Positions 52,903-64,000 of a stretch of DNA of 64,000 nucleotides are shown one piece after another (positions within the stretch are counted from its first letter, which is position 1; each line of letters starts with the position of its first letter). The stretch comes from Tetramitus jugosus (taxonomy: Eukaryota > Protista > Heterolobosea): positions 1-64,000 of the forward strand of contig OW569372.1 in NCBI GenBank assembly GCA_937625935.1, written 5' to 3'. The notes under the pieces are model-generated. The model worked only from the letters and a program-made list of their open reading frames with translations. It had not been told where the DNA came from and did not search any database. Both the position numbers and the translations under genes were made by a program.

Positions 52903-55900
52903 TTAGAACACATTCTCTTCTTGAAGGAACTTGATGTCCTTCCGGATCAACTGAGCTGGAATCTCAATCTCCAACACGCGACCACTATCCTCGAACATGA
53001 ACACTGGTTGATTGTCAATGTGACTCCAAGTGGAAGGATCAGTGTATCCCTTGAACGAGACAGTGTACTTGCAGTAGAATGGAGTAACATTGTTGATCTT
53101 CTTGCTTGCCAAGATGTATGAGATTTGTTGAGTAGTCAAATCTGGGCATACCATCTCTCTCATAACCTTGTCTGTTGCCAATGAGTCCTGTGACAGAACA
53201 CAAACATCAGCAATCTGTCTCGAATAGGAGAAGAGAGCAGTAATGTTCTCTCCCATGGTCAACTTGGATTCAAAGAACCAAGCCTCCAGGAAAGAAATGT
53301 TCATCTTGAGTTGAATGCCCTCATTCATTGTCAACTTCTTATGGTATGCGATACAATTGTTGAAAATCATGACATCCAACAAGCGACCTACACAAGCAAA
53401 GAAGTGAAGCACAATTCTCTGATCGACATGGAACTCGTGTTGCAACTCATCCAACACTGAATCCAACTCCAGTGTAATCTTGTCCATGGCAGCCTCTCCA
53501 TCGTAGGCATCACCCAAGTCGTACGCATCGAACATGGAATTATGCACGACAGCATCCAACTTGATCATCAGAGTCTTCAGCATACACATGTAACTCAAAT
53601 CTAGCAATGATGCCAACTCTGGAATCAACAGTAGGATAGAGGAAGATGATGTTGCTGTCATTGCTGGTGGAGCAATGTAATACTTGTCATTGCAGTACTT
53701 GTCATTGTCCATGGATAGAATCGTGGAGGAGTTCTTTGATTCGAGCAGTGACTTGGAAACAAGTGTCTGTTGCTTGTACTCCTTGCTCAACAAGCTCAAC
53801 AATCGGATCAGAGTATTGATCCAATAGGGAAGCATGATACGATCGGTACAGTGCTTTTGAATAGAGTACTTGAGTGCAGAGACAACATTCTTGGAGAAAC
53901 TCGTAGAAATCCAGTTCCTTAAACTGAGGAACAGCACTTTGGCAGCCAATGGAATCTTTTGATCCTTCTTATCGGTTCCACTCATGGTAACATATGTTGG
54001 TTGAGCAAACAAAATGACTTGATCAATCACCCATCGTTCCATATCACGTGCCTCAATACTCTGACTCGACTCTGCAGACATGACAGTCATTTTTCGCACC
54101 TGGTGTGACGCATTCGTAATCTCCTTCTCTCTGTCAAACAATCTCTTCTCCAATCCAGTCTTTTCAGTCTTGAGTTGAGACAAGTCAGATTGGAGAGTTT
54201 GGATCTGAGAGGCAGTGCGCTTCTCATTCTCACTAGAATTGAGCTTGTTCAGTGCCAACTCATCCTTTAATCGATCCCTCTCGCGTTGCAAATCCGATTT
54301 TTCACCTTGAATTCTCTTCAATTGTTCTTCCAGTGTTCGAATTTGATCCTGTGACTTTTGATCCGTATTCTTGTTCGAATTCATAATCTTCATCAAATCA
54401 TCATAGTCCTTTTGAACCTTCTTCTTGTCATTTTCCAACGTAACAATCTTGGACTCGATCAACTTTTTTTCATTGTCCAATTTGGCTGCCAGGGATCGAG
54501 ACTCTGAAACGTCGCGCTCCAATTTTTGGTTCTGGGTCTTTGCTTCGTTATATTGCTTCTCCACACGTTCCTTTTCTAATTTCAATTGAGAGGATTGTTG
54601 ACTGAGAGAACTACTAGCACTTGTAGCTTTGGTTTTTTGCTCATTCAACTCATTCTTTACGCTTTGCAAACTCGTTTCCAATTGTTGTGACTTTGACTTC
54701 CATTGAGAAATTTCTGTAGTGAGTTGCTGCGATGTGCTCTCATTGGACTTTTTCAAGAATTCATTGAGCTGTTTTGCCTTTTCGAGTTCGCGCTTCAATT
54801 CTGCAATTTCCCGCTCTAATTTCTCCGTGTCAATTTCTTGTGCCTTATTGACGATTGTCTTTGCAACAGTAGCAGTCACAGCAGCAGGAGTAGTGGCTGT
54901 AGTAGTTGGAGTGCTTGATACACTAGTTGTTGTGTATGTTGGCTTACTAGCCGTAGTAGTTGTAGTTGTAGGTGATGATACTGTTGTTGAACTAGTAGTA
55001 GTAGAGGTGGTTGTTGGTTTAGTTGTTGTTGTTGTTGGTGTGCTCGTAGTAGTGTATGTTGGTTTACTAACACTAGCAGTTGAAGTTGTAGTTGTGGGAG
55101 ATGATGTTGTAGTGTAGGTTGGCTTCGACGTTGTAGTTGTAGTAGTTGTTGGAGAAGGTGATGAAGAGGTGGTAGCTGATGCTGTGGTGGTTGTTGTGGT
55201 TGAAGATTTGCTCCATGGGAAAAGTTTCTTTGTTGTAGTAGTAGTCGGAGTAGTTGATGTAGTTGGAGTTGTTGGAGTAGTGGGAGTAGTTGTTGTTGTA
55301 GGAGATGAGCTTCCAGTTGAAGTAGTAGCATTGGTATAACTGGCAATTCTCGACGCAATTGATCCTGTTCTTGCTGTTGATGTTGTTGTTGTTGTTGTTG
55401 GTTTTGGTGCAGTAGTAGTAACAACAGAAGAAGGTGACGTAGTAGTAGTAGGTGTCGGTGTCTTCACAACTGCAGGTGAAGTAGTAGTCGTAGTGTATGT
55501 TGGTTTTGACGCAGTTGTCGTTGTTGTTGTTGCAGTTGTAGTTGTAGTAGGTTTCGCAGGAGTCGATGGCAAAGTCTTTGTAAATGCACTGGTAGGTTCC
55601 GTCTTGACTGGTCGATATGCTGCACTGTTGAACAGAGTATTGGGCTCCTTTTGTGAAAAGTGCTTATAGTACTCGTACACTTGCATTGTCATGGTTTTGG
55701 GCTCTGGTCTCGAAACGGCCAAAATATCTATATAGACGTCCATTACACAAAAATTTTCAATGGTAAGCTTCTTGACCTATTAAACAAACAAACAAACACA
55801 GACGGGAAAAAAAAAACATCAGTAAACGAACCTTCATAATCCAAATAATTTTCAATGTGAAGCTTATTCTCGGCAATGTCCCATGCCAACTTTAAATTTT

Positions 55901-56087
55901 TTTCAGCATCTTCCGCCTTCAATGAAGAATAATCAACGAGGTCCGGGTGATAGTGATGAATGATGGCACAGAATGCGAGACCGTTGCTCCACGATTGAGA
56001 AAAATTGCTGACTGAAATGTTGTCATAGTCTTTTGTTTTGTTTTTGACCCATTGTAACAGACCAGAGAATTTTCCTTGTGCTGACAT
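52903..56087 (-). CDS. CH domain + Thr-rich linker + coiled coil + Dilute (DIL) domain protein (intron 55728-55831)
   Basis: CH: LLQWVK...NFSQSWSNGLAFCAIIH...PEPKTMTMQV; DIL: YWINTLIRLL, MIFNNCI, GIQLKMNISFLEAW, CPDLTTQQI. Confidence 0.85.
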
Positions 56088-56264
56088 GATTGCTTTAAAA
56101 TGTTAGCTTATTCTCTGCTTGTGAAATCTGGATGATGGTGATTTGTTTGTGTTTTTTTTGACTGTTGGGTGTCATATGTCACTTGTAAAATACCCCTCTA
56201 CAACGGAGTAATGTTCACTCAAAATTTGCTTCCAGTAAACAATGGAACCGACAATTTCCATAAA

Positions 56265-57167
56265 ATGACAACAAACGACGACAATCATCATCCAGATGGT
56301 GATCAAGAAGAAGAACAACGGTTCCAAAAGCTCTTCCGATCCATTCACTACATGTGGTCCATCCTAAAACCATTCTTCACAATCGACCATTTTCTTACAG
56401 TCTGTGTCTCCATTCTCTTCTCTCAATTCATTGTTCACTTTCCCTCCATTACCTCATTCTTTTCTTCGTCGTCTAAAGCAAGAAGAAGAAGAAATCGGTC
56501 TATTCAAAACATGACTGACGGTGGTGACTCACTCACGGCAGTTACAAGTCCAGAACAAACTCAATTGGCCATTCAAACACTGTCGCAGAGGTTGAACACG
56601 CAGAGGCAGATTAATCTGGCATGTACGAGGCACAATGCACAACTAGAATCGCAGTTGAATGAGATGGAACAGTCGTTGAATCAGTCGTCACAAATGATTG
56701 AACAGTTGCAAAATGATCGAACACTGTTGGAGAGTCAATTGTTGGACTGTAGACAAAAATTGCATGATCAGGCGCAAGAGATTGATCGACTAAAGTCACA
56801 GTGTACGGAAATGGAACGGGAGAATGAACGGTTGAGATCTGTGGAGCTTAAACAGGCACATGAGCAACTGGAACATGCGCAATCAGAGTGCCGTGCTTTG
56901 GAATCGAAACTGGAGAGCTGTGAGAAACAGTTAATGAAGGCAAATGAAACGCAACGAGTGTTTGAATATGTCATTAGCAAGTCATCACCAGAACTTGCAA
57001 AGATTTTGCTAGAACAACTAACGGAGCATCACAATAACAAGAACAATAACGATAATAGCGCTACAACAACCGAAGAACATGCTGCTCAGACTGATAGCAG
57101 TGACAACAAGGACAACAATGACAAAGTACAACCATTGTCAGCAAAAGAACAAGTGGAACGTAAATAA
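56265..57167 (+). CDS. Membrane-anchored coiled-coil protein, unknown function
   Basis: Hydrophobic FLTVCVSILFSQFIV, then a long heptad region; start codon uncertain. Confidence 0.6.
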   Translation: MTTNDDNHHPDGDQEEEQRFQKLFRSIHYMWSILKPFFTIDHFLTVCVSILFSQFIVHFPSITSFFSSSSKARRRRNRSIQNMTDGGDSLTAVTSPEQTQLAIQTLSQRLNTQRQINLACTRHNAQLESQLNEMEQSLNQSSQMIEQLQNDRTLLESQLLDCRQKLHDQAQEIDRLKSQCTEMERENERLRSVELKQAHEQLEHAQSECRALESKLESCEKQLMKANETQRVFEYVISKSSPELAKILLEQLTEHHNNKNNNDNSATTTEEHAAQTDSSDNKDNNDKVQPLSAKEQVERK

Positions 57168-57206
57168 ATAGTAGATAGAGGTAGTATCTCTCTCTTTTCA
57201 CAATTT

Positions 57207-58484
57207 TTATTTCTTTTGTTGCTGTTTCGATTGTTGTTGAATATTCTTTAGCTTGTTGATACCGTTGATTGGCTTGCCTCTCTTGCCTTCAAAACCTGGT
57301 CTATTCCTCTTTTGTGTCTTGTTGGCAGCAGCAGCAGCGGTGGCGTTACTGGACGATGAAGATGGTGGCTCCTCCTTCTTTCCTCTCGACTTCTTTGCTC
57401 GAATATTGGCCGCTCTCTTCTCAATCTTTTGCTGTTGTTGAGTGCTTTGATTCTTCACTCGTTGATCCCATTCCTTTTTCGACTTCTTCTTCTTTGCCCG
57501 CTCCTTCTTTACCTTGCTCTGCAGAACTTTGACTGCTTTGTTGTCTCTTCCGTGTTCACTCCTTATCATTGCACTCTCCAACTGATCTCTTGTGTAGTCG
57601 TTGATTGCCTTTTGTGGATTCACATCACTCTGTTCAATCAACTTTTGCTTCTTTGATTGTTTTTCCTTCAAGAGTTGTTCCGCAGTCAATGGTCTATTCT
57701 TTCTCTTCTTGCTGTTGGCTGATGGTGCTGCATCGACAGCATTCTTGTCATGTTGTGCTGCTCCAGTTGCTGTTGCTGAAGCACCATTGGTCAAGACAGA
57801 GTGCTTGGTTGTTGCAGAGGCAACATCACCCGTTTTCAGTGCATTGAAAATCATGTTGTCATTGGTTTTGCGGTTCTTTTTTGGTTGCGATTTTTGTTGT
57901 TGCTGCTTTGATTTTTGTGTAGTTATGCGTTCTTCTTCGTCATCACTGCTCTCATCACTACCATCATCTTCATCAGAGACACTATCGTCATCTTCTGCTG
58001 CTTCATCATCAATCAAGCTCTTTCCATTGATCACTTCCTGTCCTTCTTCTTCTTCGTCATCATCATCTTCGCCATCACTCTCATTGTCGTCTCCATTTGC
58101 TTTTTTAACCTTTTGATTCGTTTTTTGCAAAAATTTCAAATTTTGTTTGTTTTCAGTGCTCGTTTGTTTCCAGTATTTGGATGATGAGATGTCATCTTCT
58201 TCATCTTCACTATCTGCACCATTCTCTGTCAAATTTTGTTTACTGGCTGGAATGGCCTCTGACAAGTGCACAAAATCTATTGTTGATACAAAAAGTGTCA
58301 ATCATCATCATTCACCACTATTTTTCATTTATACGCAATAAAAAAAACATTGTCAAAGACACATACATGATAAATATTCAGTAAGCTTTGGGAAATTCGA
58401 TAATTGGGATTTTATCGAGTCAATTGTTATCGCATTTTCTGTTGCTGATGTAGCTGTTGTTGTTGTTGTTGTTTGTTGCACCAT
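57207..58484 (-). CDS. RRP14: Ribosome biogenesis protein Rrp14/SURF6 (intron 58277-58366)
   Basis: C-terminal KKKSKKEWDQR...QKIEKRAANI...RPGFEG; N-terminal FVHLSEAIPA; in-frame intron. Confidence 0.85.
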
Positions 58485-58814
58485 TTCTTTTTATTGTTGT
58501 GGCTGGGGGTTGTTGGTTGCGTTGTTTGTTTGAAGCTATAGAACACTCTTTGCGCTCTCTCGTTTTAGATGGACCTTGGTTGCTGCTGGTGTGTTGTCGT
58601 CGAGCGTCTGATTGTCCGATTGGTGTGAATGCCGCCAGCAAGAAAAGCTTTCTTCAACAAATTTTGTGAGGTTGTTACAACAACGAACGTTCAATTGATT
58701 TTCTCCGGCGACAGATGTTTTTACAGATGGAAAAAAAGAATACATTGTAACACAGTTGTTTTTTGAGTGTTGGTCAGGTGGTGGAGAAATTCGTTCTTTT
58801 TCTCTTTTGTCTTC

Positions 58815-59623
58815 TTATTGGCCTGCTTGCTTCTTCAAGTGCTCAAACACTCTGGTCTTTATCCATTCCTTGTCATGAGGCTTGTATTGGCTGGTGCTTG
58901 GTTCAAAACTATGAAAATGAAAAGATACAAATGAAATTCTCTGTCAATAAACGTCTGGTAACTCATGTCATCATTCATTCACGAGTGTTGTCAATGTTTC
59001 ACTTTGAAAGAGGGAGCATGAACAACGGTTTGGTGCTAGCAGTCTCACTTTCATTGAACATTTTTCAGCTCTTCTCAAGCAAGCTTCTCAAGCAAGATAT
59101 CAACAACAACTGTCGACACCGAACGCTTCTCTTCCTCCATCAAATGTTGAAACGACCAACAACAACAACAATCGACACGAATAATAGTCACACAACCAAG
59201 TGATAATAATGAAAATAATAGAGTCATAACAATACATACACTAGACAAGTCAAATCAGTCAATCCATCGATCCAGCTAAACAAATCAGAAACAGAGTATT
59301 CAATGTTTCTTCTGTCAGGATTGCTTTGCTTCAACTTTGCTTCGAACAATTGACAGATGCCATCCATTGCAATCTTTACTGTTTCATAGTCATAATAGGT
59401 ACGAGATCTGTTGCCTCCATATTGAATAAGCACAATGGTGTGTTGAGTCTACACATTATTAATATTTCGAAATCAATGATTTTTCATTTGTACAATGACA
59501 ATAGGAGATTGATCAATTATTGTATCATCATTGTTGAAATGGAGAGTTAATGATGGATTGTCATTATTAAAAAAAAGAAAATGAGGATCACAAGTGCAAC
59601 GTGCATCATCCAATACATACCAT
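58815..59623 (-). CDS. ERH: Enhancer of rudimentary homolog (3 exons; introns 59449-59620, 58909-59239)
   Basis: Spliced MTQHTIVLIQ...RTYYDYET...GICQLFEAKLK...DLFSWIDGLTDLTCLVF...YKPHDKEWIK. Confidence 0.93.
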
Positions 59624-59768
59624 ATTTTTGAGTTCTTGTTGTTGGTTGTTGGTGTTTTTCGATTTTTTGGTGATCTTGGCGCCAAGAAAAAAGTAACGTT
59701 CAACGAAAAGCAAATTCTACGGCACCTTGTCATTTATTATTCATCTACCTGTCTCGTGTGAAGAGGTG

Positions 59769-62700
59769 TTACAGATTCATATCTGTCCCGTGATCTGATC
59801 TTGGATTCCAGACTCTCTTGTTCACATAGAAGGGAACATCAGCTCTGTGAGAACTAGCGACTGAAAGTATGAGCGGTACATCTCTTGTTGTCACATGCAA
59901 GATGGTGGACAGGTCTTTCGCAGAGATCAATTTCTTTAAATTAGTATAGGAAGGTACGTGGGAGTCAGAATTGGTGGATCGTGCAGAGATGGGACTCAAC
60001 AGATCCTTAATGTGTTGAGGTGTGGACTCTTGCGCTGATACACCGTGATTCGAGGTGGAATGATGGTGATGATGATGGTTCGCTTGCTGGTCAGCCTTTG
60101 GATCAGCTCGGTGGACAAGACCTTCTACCAACCGTAATGTTGAAATACTCTTCATGTAGAGTTGTTTCAATTGGTTGTTAAAGTAGGATTCACAGGCACT
60201 ATCAGGTAATCCCATCATCTTGAACTCTCTCAAATTGATCAGAGTTTGAGATATAAAATCAGATGGGATTGCTTCTTCAAATTTGATCGAGGAATTCTTG
60301 GGCAGAAACTGTTTCATGTCGTTATGTTGATAGTGCTTCTTGTTGTTGTTGGAGACGATAACATTGCAGATCATATCATCCAAGTCAGCAATCACACAGG
60401 TAGCAACATCAGGTGGTTCATCATCTCCGTCCATTGTCTCATTTTGCATCAACTTCAAGTCGGATATGGCCTCTTCGATAAAATCGACATTCTTTGGCAG
60501 ACCGGTCAGCACCAGAGCGCCACAATACACTGGACTGATATCACCGTAGAGTGCATGACCAAACTTGTTCATTCTTGACTTGTTGCCTAGCTTGTTGAGC
60601 GTTCTTTCTTGGTCCACATGAACAAAATCATTTCCAGGAATGATGTTGAACATGTTTTCCTCTTCTTCACTGTCTTCGTCGGAAGAGAAATCGAGTCGAC
60701 GAGCCACATTCATACATCCATCAGGATCCAGTCCCATTTCCTCTAGATAATTAGCATCAACACTTTGTTGCTCCAATCGCTTCCTAAATGCGTCTGGAGC
60801 AGACACGACAGAGCAGTCATCCGTTTTCAACGTTGGTCCAATCTCAACAAACTTCAATGGCTTCAAGAATGACTGTTCGACTGGCTGTTCTTCATTGTAA
60901 AAACTACTCGTATTGTTCCTCATGTCGTACGAGCTTGCCAAGAAGCTGCCTGACATGTAAGACTGACCTAGGTTCGATATATCATCAGTCGACGAGGTAT
61001 CATCCATAGACCGTGACTGCTGTGAGACTTGCTGATCGGCTTGTAATGTGTAATCACACTCCACAATCTTCCGACTTCTCAATATGTAAGACAATAGGTA
61101 GAGCAGGTGCCGCACCAGTGTCTCATTGCTTCCTACGACGACTACTTTGCAAAACTTTTTTGTTCCAGAGCAGTAGCTCTTGTGTTTATGGACCATTGAT
61201 TCGAACAGGCTATCATTCGTACTCTTGTTTGACTGATTACCCGATCCAGACTTGTTCGAATCATAGCTCCAATAACCAGCACCAAAGAGTGAACAAAGCT
61301 GCTCGGCTAATATCACACCAGGATCTGTGAACAGTAAATCTGAATTGTTCTCCTCCGTAAAGTCTGTTGTCCAAGACAAGTGATGAGTAAGAACAGCAGA
61401 GAATACGACAGAGAGAAACTTTTCCATCTTGGGTGGACTGTTGTCGATTAGATAGAACAAATGACCGAGAAATTCTGAGAATATGCTTACACGATCAATC
61501 ATGAACGCATTGTGTCTGAACCACAATGGTTTCTCGAGCCTAGGGGAGTGAATGAATGATAAAATAAATTTTTGGAATTCTTTGGCAGACTTGCAGATAT
61601 CTGCATCTGTTTGCAACACATGCTCCACAAGCTTCATATTGAACGTATATCCGTGAAACAGTTGTGAAAGAGTGCCTTCCTCTTGAGCCTGTAACACTGC
61701 CTCCCGCAAACGATTCCTTATCGATGCGCTGCATACTTTGAGAAGTTTTCTCATTCGGTGTTCAATAATAGCAAAGTGAGAGAATATAAGTTTTTGTAGA
61801 TGACTGGACTGTTGTGCGAATTCTGCTCTGGCCTTCATGGGATCACAACCCTGCGACACTGTCGAAGATTCATGAAAAACGAACACGACACCAAGTGCGA
61901 ACACGGATTTGCACATGTATTGATTGAGCTCACTGTATGCCTTCTTTTTCCGCCTTCGTGCCACGGGACGTCTTCCGATGTGACCACTGTGAGAGCTGCT
62001 CTGCGAATCGTCATCCTTCATTCCATCACTATGACCGAGCAACATATCATTCATTGTTTGAGATTTTCCACCACCTCCACTGCTGCTACTATTGATACCA
62101 GGTGACTCACCGTCTTCATTGTCACTGTTCGATACTCTTTTCGAGAAGGGCAGCGGCGTATGAGATTGAATAGAAGAAGTAGAATAGCTGCGCGGTCGAG
62201 AAAGATCCACATTCTTTGAAAAATAATCTTCGTCCAACGGTACAAGACACGGTGCACCACTTGTTCGCTCCTCCAAATCAACCACTCCTCCATCGCTCAT
62301 TGATTGACTGTGTCTTCTCCGTGGTTGCTGCTGCTGCTGCGCACTAGTACTGCTACTGCTGTTCGTCGTTGTCGTTTGTTGTTTACTCGATCGTTTCTTC
62401 TTCTTGGACTTGGACTCAAACAGTGGATCTACACTCGCAAGTGTCGAAGCTGGAATTCCGACTTGAAATAGCTTTGTCAACAGAGTTTGCTTATACGCTG
62501 GCAAAAAGTGAACTTTTGTGTTTTGTCCCTTGATTTGCATCGGAATGGCTCCAAATATCATCTCTCCCAACAGTGTCGTATCATTGACACCGACTTTGGC
62601 TGACATGGGTGCAGACATGGACCTTTTCAACACGTGCGCAGCCGATATCGAAGGAGGTATAGGTAACTTTAAATTTTTTGGTGGTTGTGATTGTTGTTGT

Positions 62701-62783
62701 CCACTCATCGACTTGACAGAGTCCATGTGATTTCCCAATGATAACGAATTATTCATCATGTGATTATTGTGATGAGTAGTGGT

Positions 62784-62816
<33 letters not shown>

Positions 62817-63453
62817 CCGAGAAGGATGCTGTGGGTGCAGTAATGGTGCCGATGCAGCATGATGAAGTGACATGTCAACTGATGATGATGGTAATGATGA
62901 TTTGTCTTCATGTTGATTCTCATTCATTGAATCACTAGTGTTGGTGCCATTACTATTATTATTATTATTATTATTATTATTTGCTTGTTGTTGTTGTTGT
63001 TGTTGATTGTTTGATTTTGCTCTCATATTGGCATACGCTCTTCTTATCAATGGATCCTTTAATGAATCATACAGAAGCACATTGCCCTTGAGTGAACTGT
63101 CTTGAAACAACTGTTATCATAAAGTGTCAATTACACATCATATTCGATGCACACACAGACAAACAAACAAGTAACGTCAATTAATAATCATGACATACGA
63201 CTATTCTGCATGAACAGATGCGTTCAGGTGGTTGAACAACTGGTTGCAGTATTGGAATTTCATATTGAATATGATCATGTAAATTGTTTTTACCACTCAA
63301 TCGATTCTTTTGATTTTGTGCATTGCTATTATTGTTGTTTTTGTTGTTGGTTTGTGGGTGATGATGATGATGATGAGAGTGTGATGATGAAGATGGTGTG
63401 GTAGGTGTTGTTGTCGTAGTGGAGGAGAATGACTCGGAATGAATATTACCCAT
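59769..63453 (-). CDS. FNIP: Folliculin-interacting protein FNIP/Lst4 (intron 63111-63198)
   Basis: CRIVLFQD, LLGEMIFGAIPM, PRLEKPLW, AVLTHHLSW, LLYLLSYILR, CVIADLD. Confidence 0.88.
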
Positions 63454-63828
63454 CGTTGTGCTGCCTCATCCAACCAAAAGCTTTTTCTCTCGTTTTTTTG
63501 TTCTGTGTGGAAGGGCCGAAAACAGAGAAAAACCATCCAATTCCTTCTTCACCGAGACTGCTATCCTTCCAGTATGCTGCCTGGCTCTATAATTTTCGCC
63601 ACGTCGTTTGTTGGTGGAGAGTCAAAATCAAACTCACATTCTAGTAGCAAGAAATGTTGTTGTTCAGGGTGTCGAAACAACTCATAAAGGATCACGTTTT
63701 TTCCTTAATAGTTTTGGAAATTGCCAAATTAATCATCTGAGCTTCCAAAACTCTCTGTAGCGAAAAGGATCAACGTGCGAAGAAGAATCATTGAAGATTT
63801 TGACTATCTGACAAGAAACTAATTATTG

Positions 63829-64000
63829 ATGTTCGGTCTGGTTGATACTAATGTCAAAATAGGTGACCACGTTTGGATTACGAGAGATCAAAAGGACTTG
63901 TTAGCTCTGGTGGAGTCTGTGAGCCAAGACGGAGGAGAATACACAGTTCTTATCAATACGCAAGATACATCTCTGTTCAATTGTATCCATGAAGAAGCAG
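63829..64000 (+). CDS. 5' fragment of a gene running off the window (possible SH3-like/Tudor-like start)
   Basis: MFGLVDTNVKIGDHVWIT... is open to the window end. Confidence 0.4.
   Translation, partial: MFGLVDTNVKIGDHVWITRDQKDLLALVESVSQDGGEYTVLINTQDTSLFNCIHEEA

Noticed and set aside
54719-58184. Val/Leu/Ser/Cys-rich ORFs on opposite strands or in alternative frames
   Set aside because: Shadows of low-complexity coding sequence
59000-59013. CACTTTGAAAGAG resembling an LSU rRNA segment (possible C/D guide)
   Set aside because: No canonical CUGA D box adjacent, and this organism's rRNA is not available for comparison
49167-63453. Functional clustering of LAMTOR5 and FNIP (Rag/TORC1 pathway)
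   Set aside because: Separated by about seven unrelated genes; chance proximity is sufficient

Overview
This is the left end of a chromosome from a compact eukaryotic (protist-like) genome. It uses the standard code (TAA, TAG and TGA all end long ORFs) and short GT-AG introns of about 60-330 nt; poly-Q/T/N/S tracts and a CudA-like factor are compatible with a free-living amoeba such as a heterolobosean, but that is inference. Bases 1-757 are a (CCCAAA)n telomere, i.e. TTTGGG. About 0.76-17.7 kb is a subtelomeric zone of decayed and conflict-type genes: a tyrosine-recombinase element relic, an F-box/LRR gene, an intact and a decayed Crinkler/RHS-like NTPase-nuclease gene, and a NEK-like kinase separated by one in-frame TAA from a PARP6/8-like probable pseudo-enzyme. 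From 17.7 kb the window is densely packed with mostly housekeeping genes (HPS5-like, SEN34, PEX5, PIG-A, MED15-like, LAM/Aster, MFS, RhoGAP-C2, dCTP deaminase, RtcB2-type ligase, LAMTOR5, TAM41, CH-Dilute, RRP14/SURF6, ERH, FNIP). The best novel candidate is a ~480-nt stretch (46481-46960) with no credible ORF that folds by eye into a nested multi-helix RNA with a possible pseudoknot, lying between two divergent bacterial-type genes (dcd and rtcB2). All assignments were made by manual motif reading; no searches were run.
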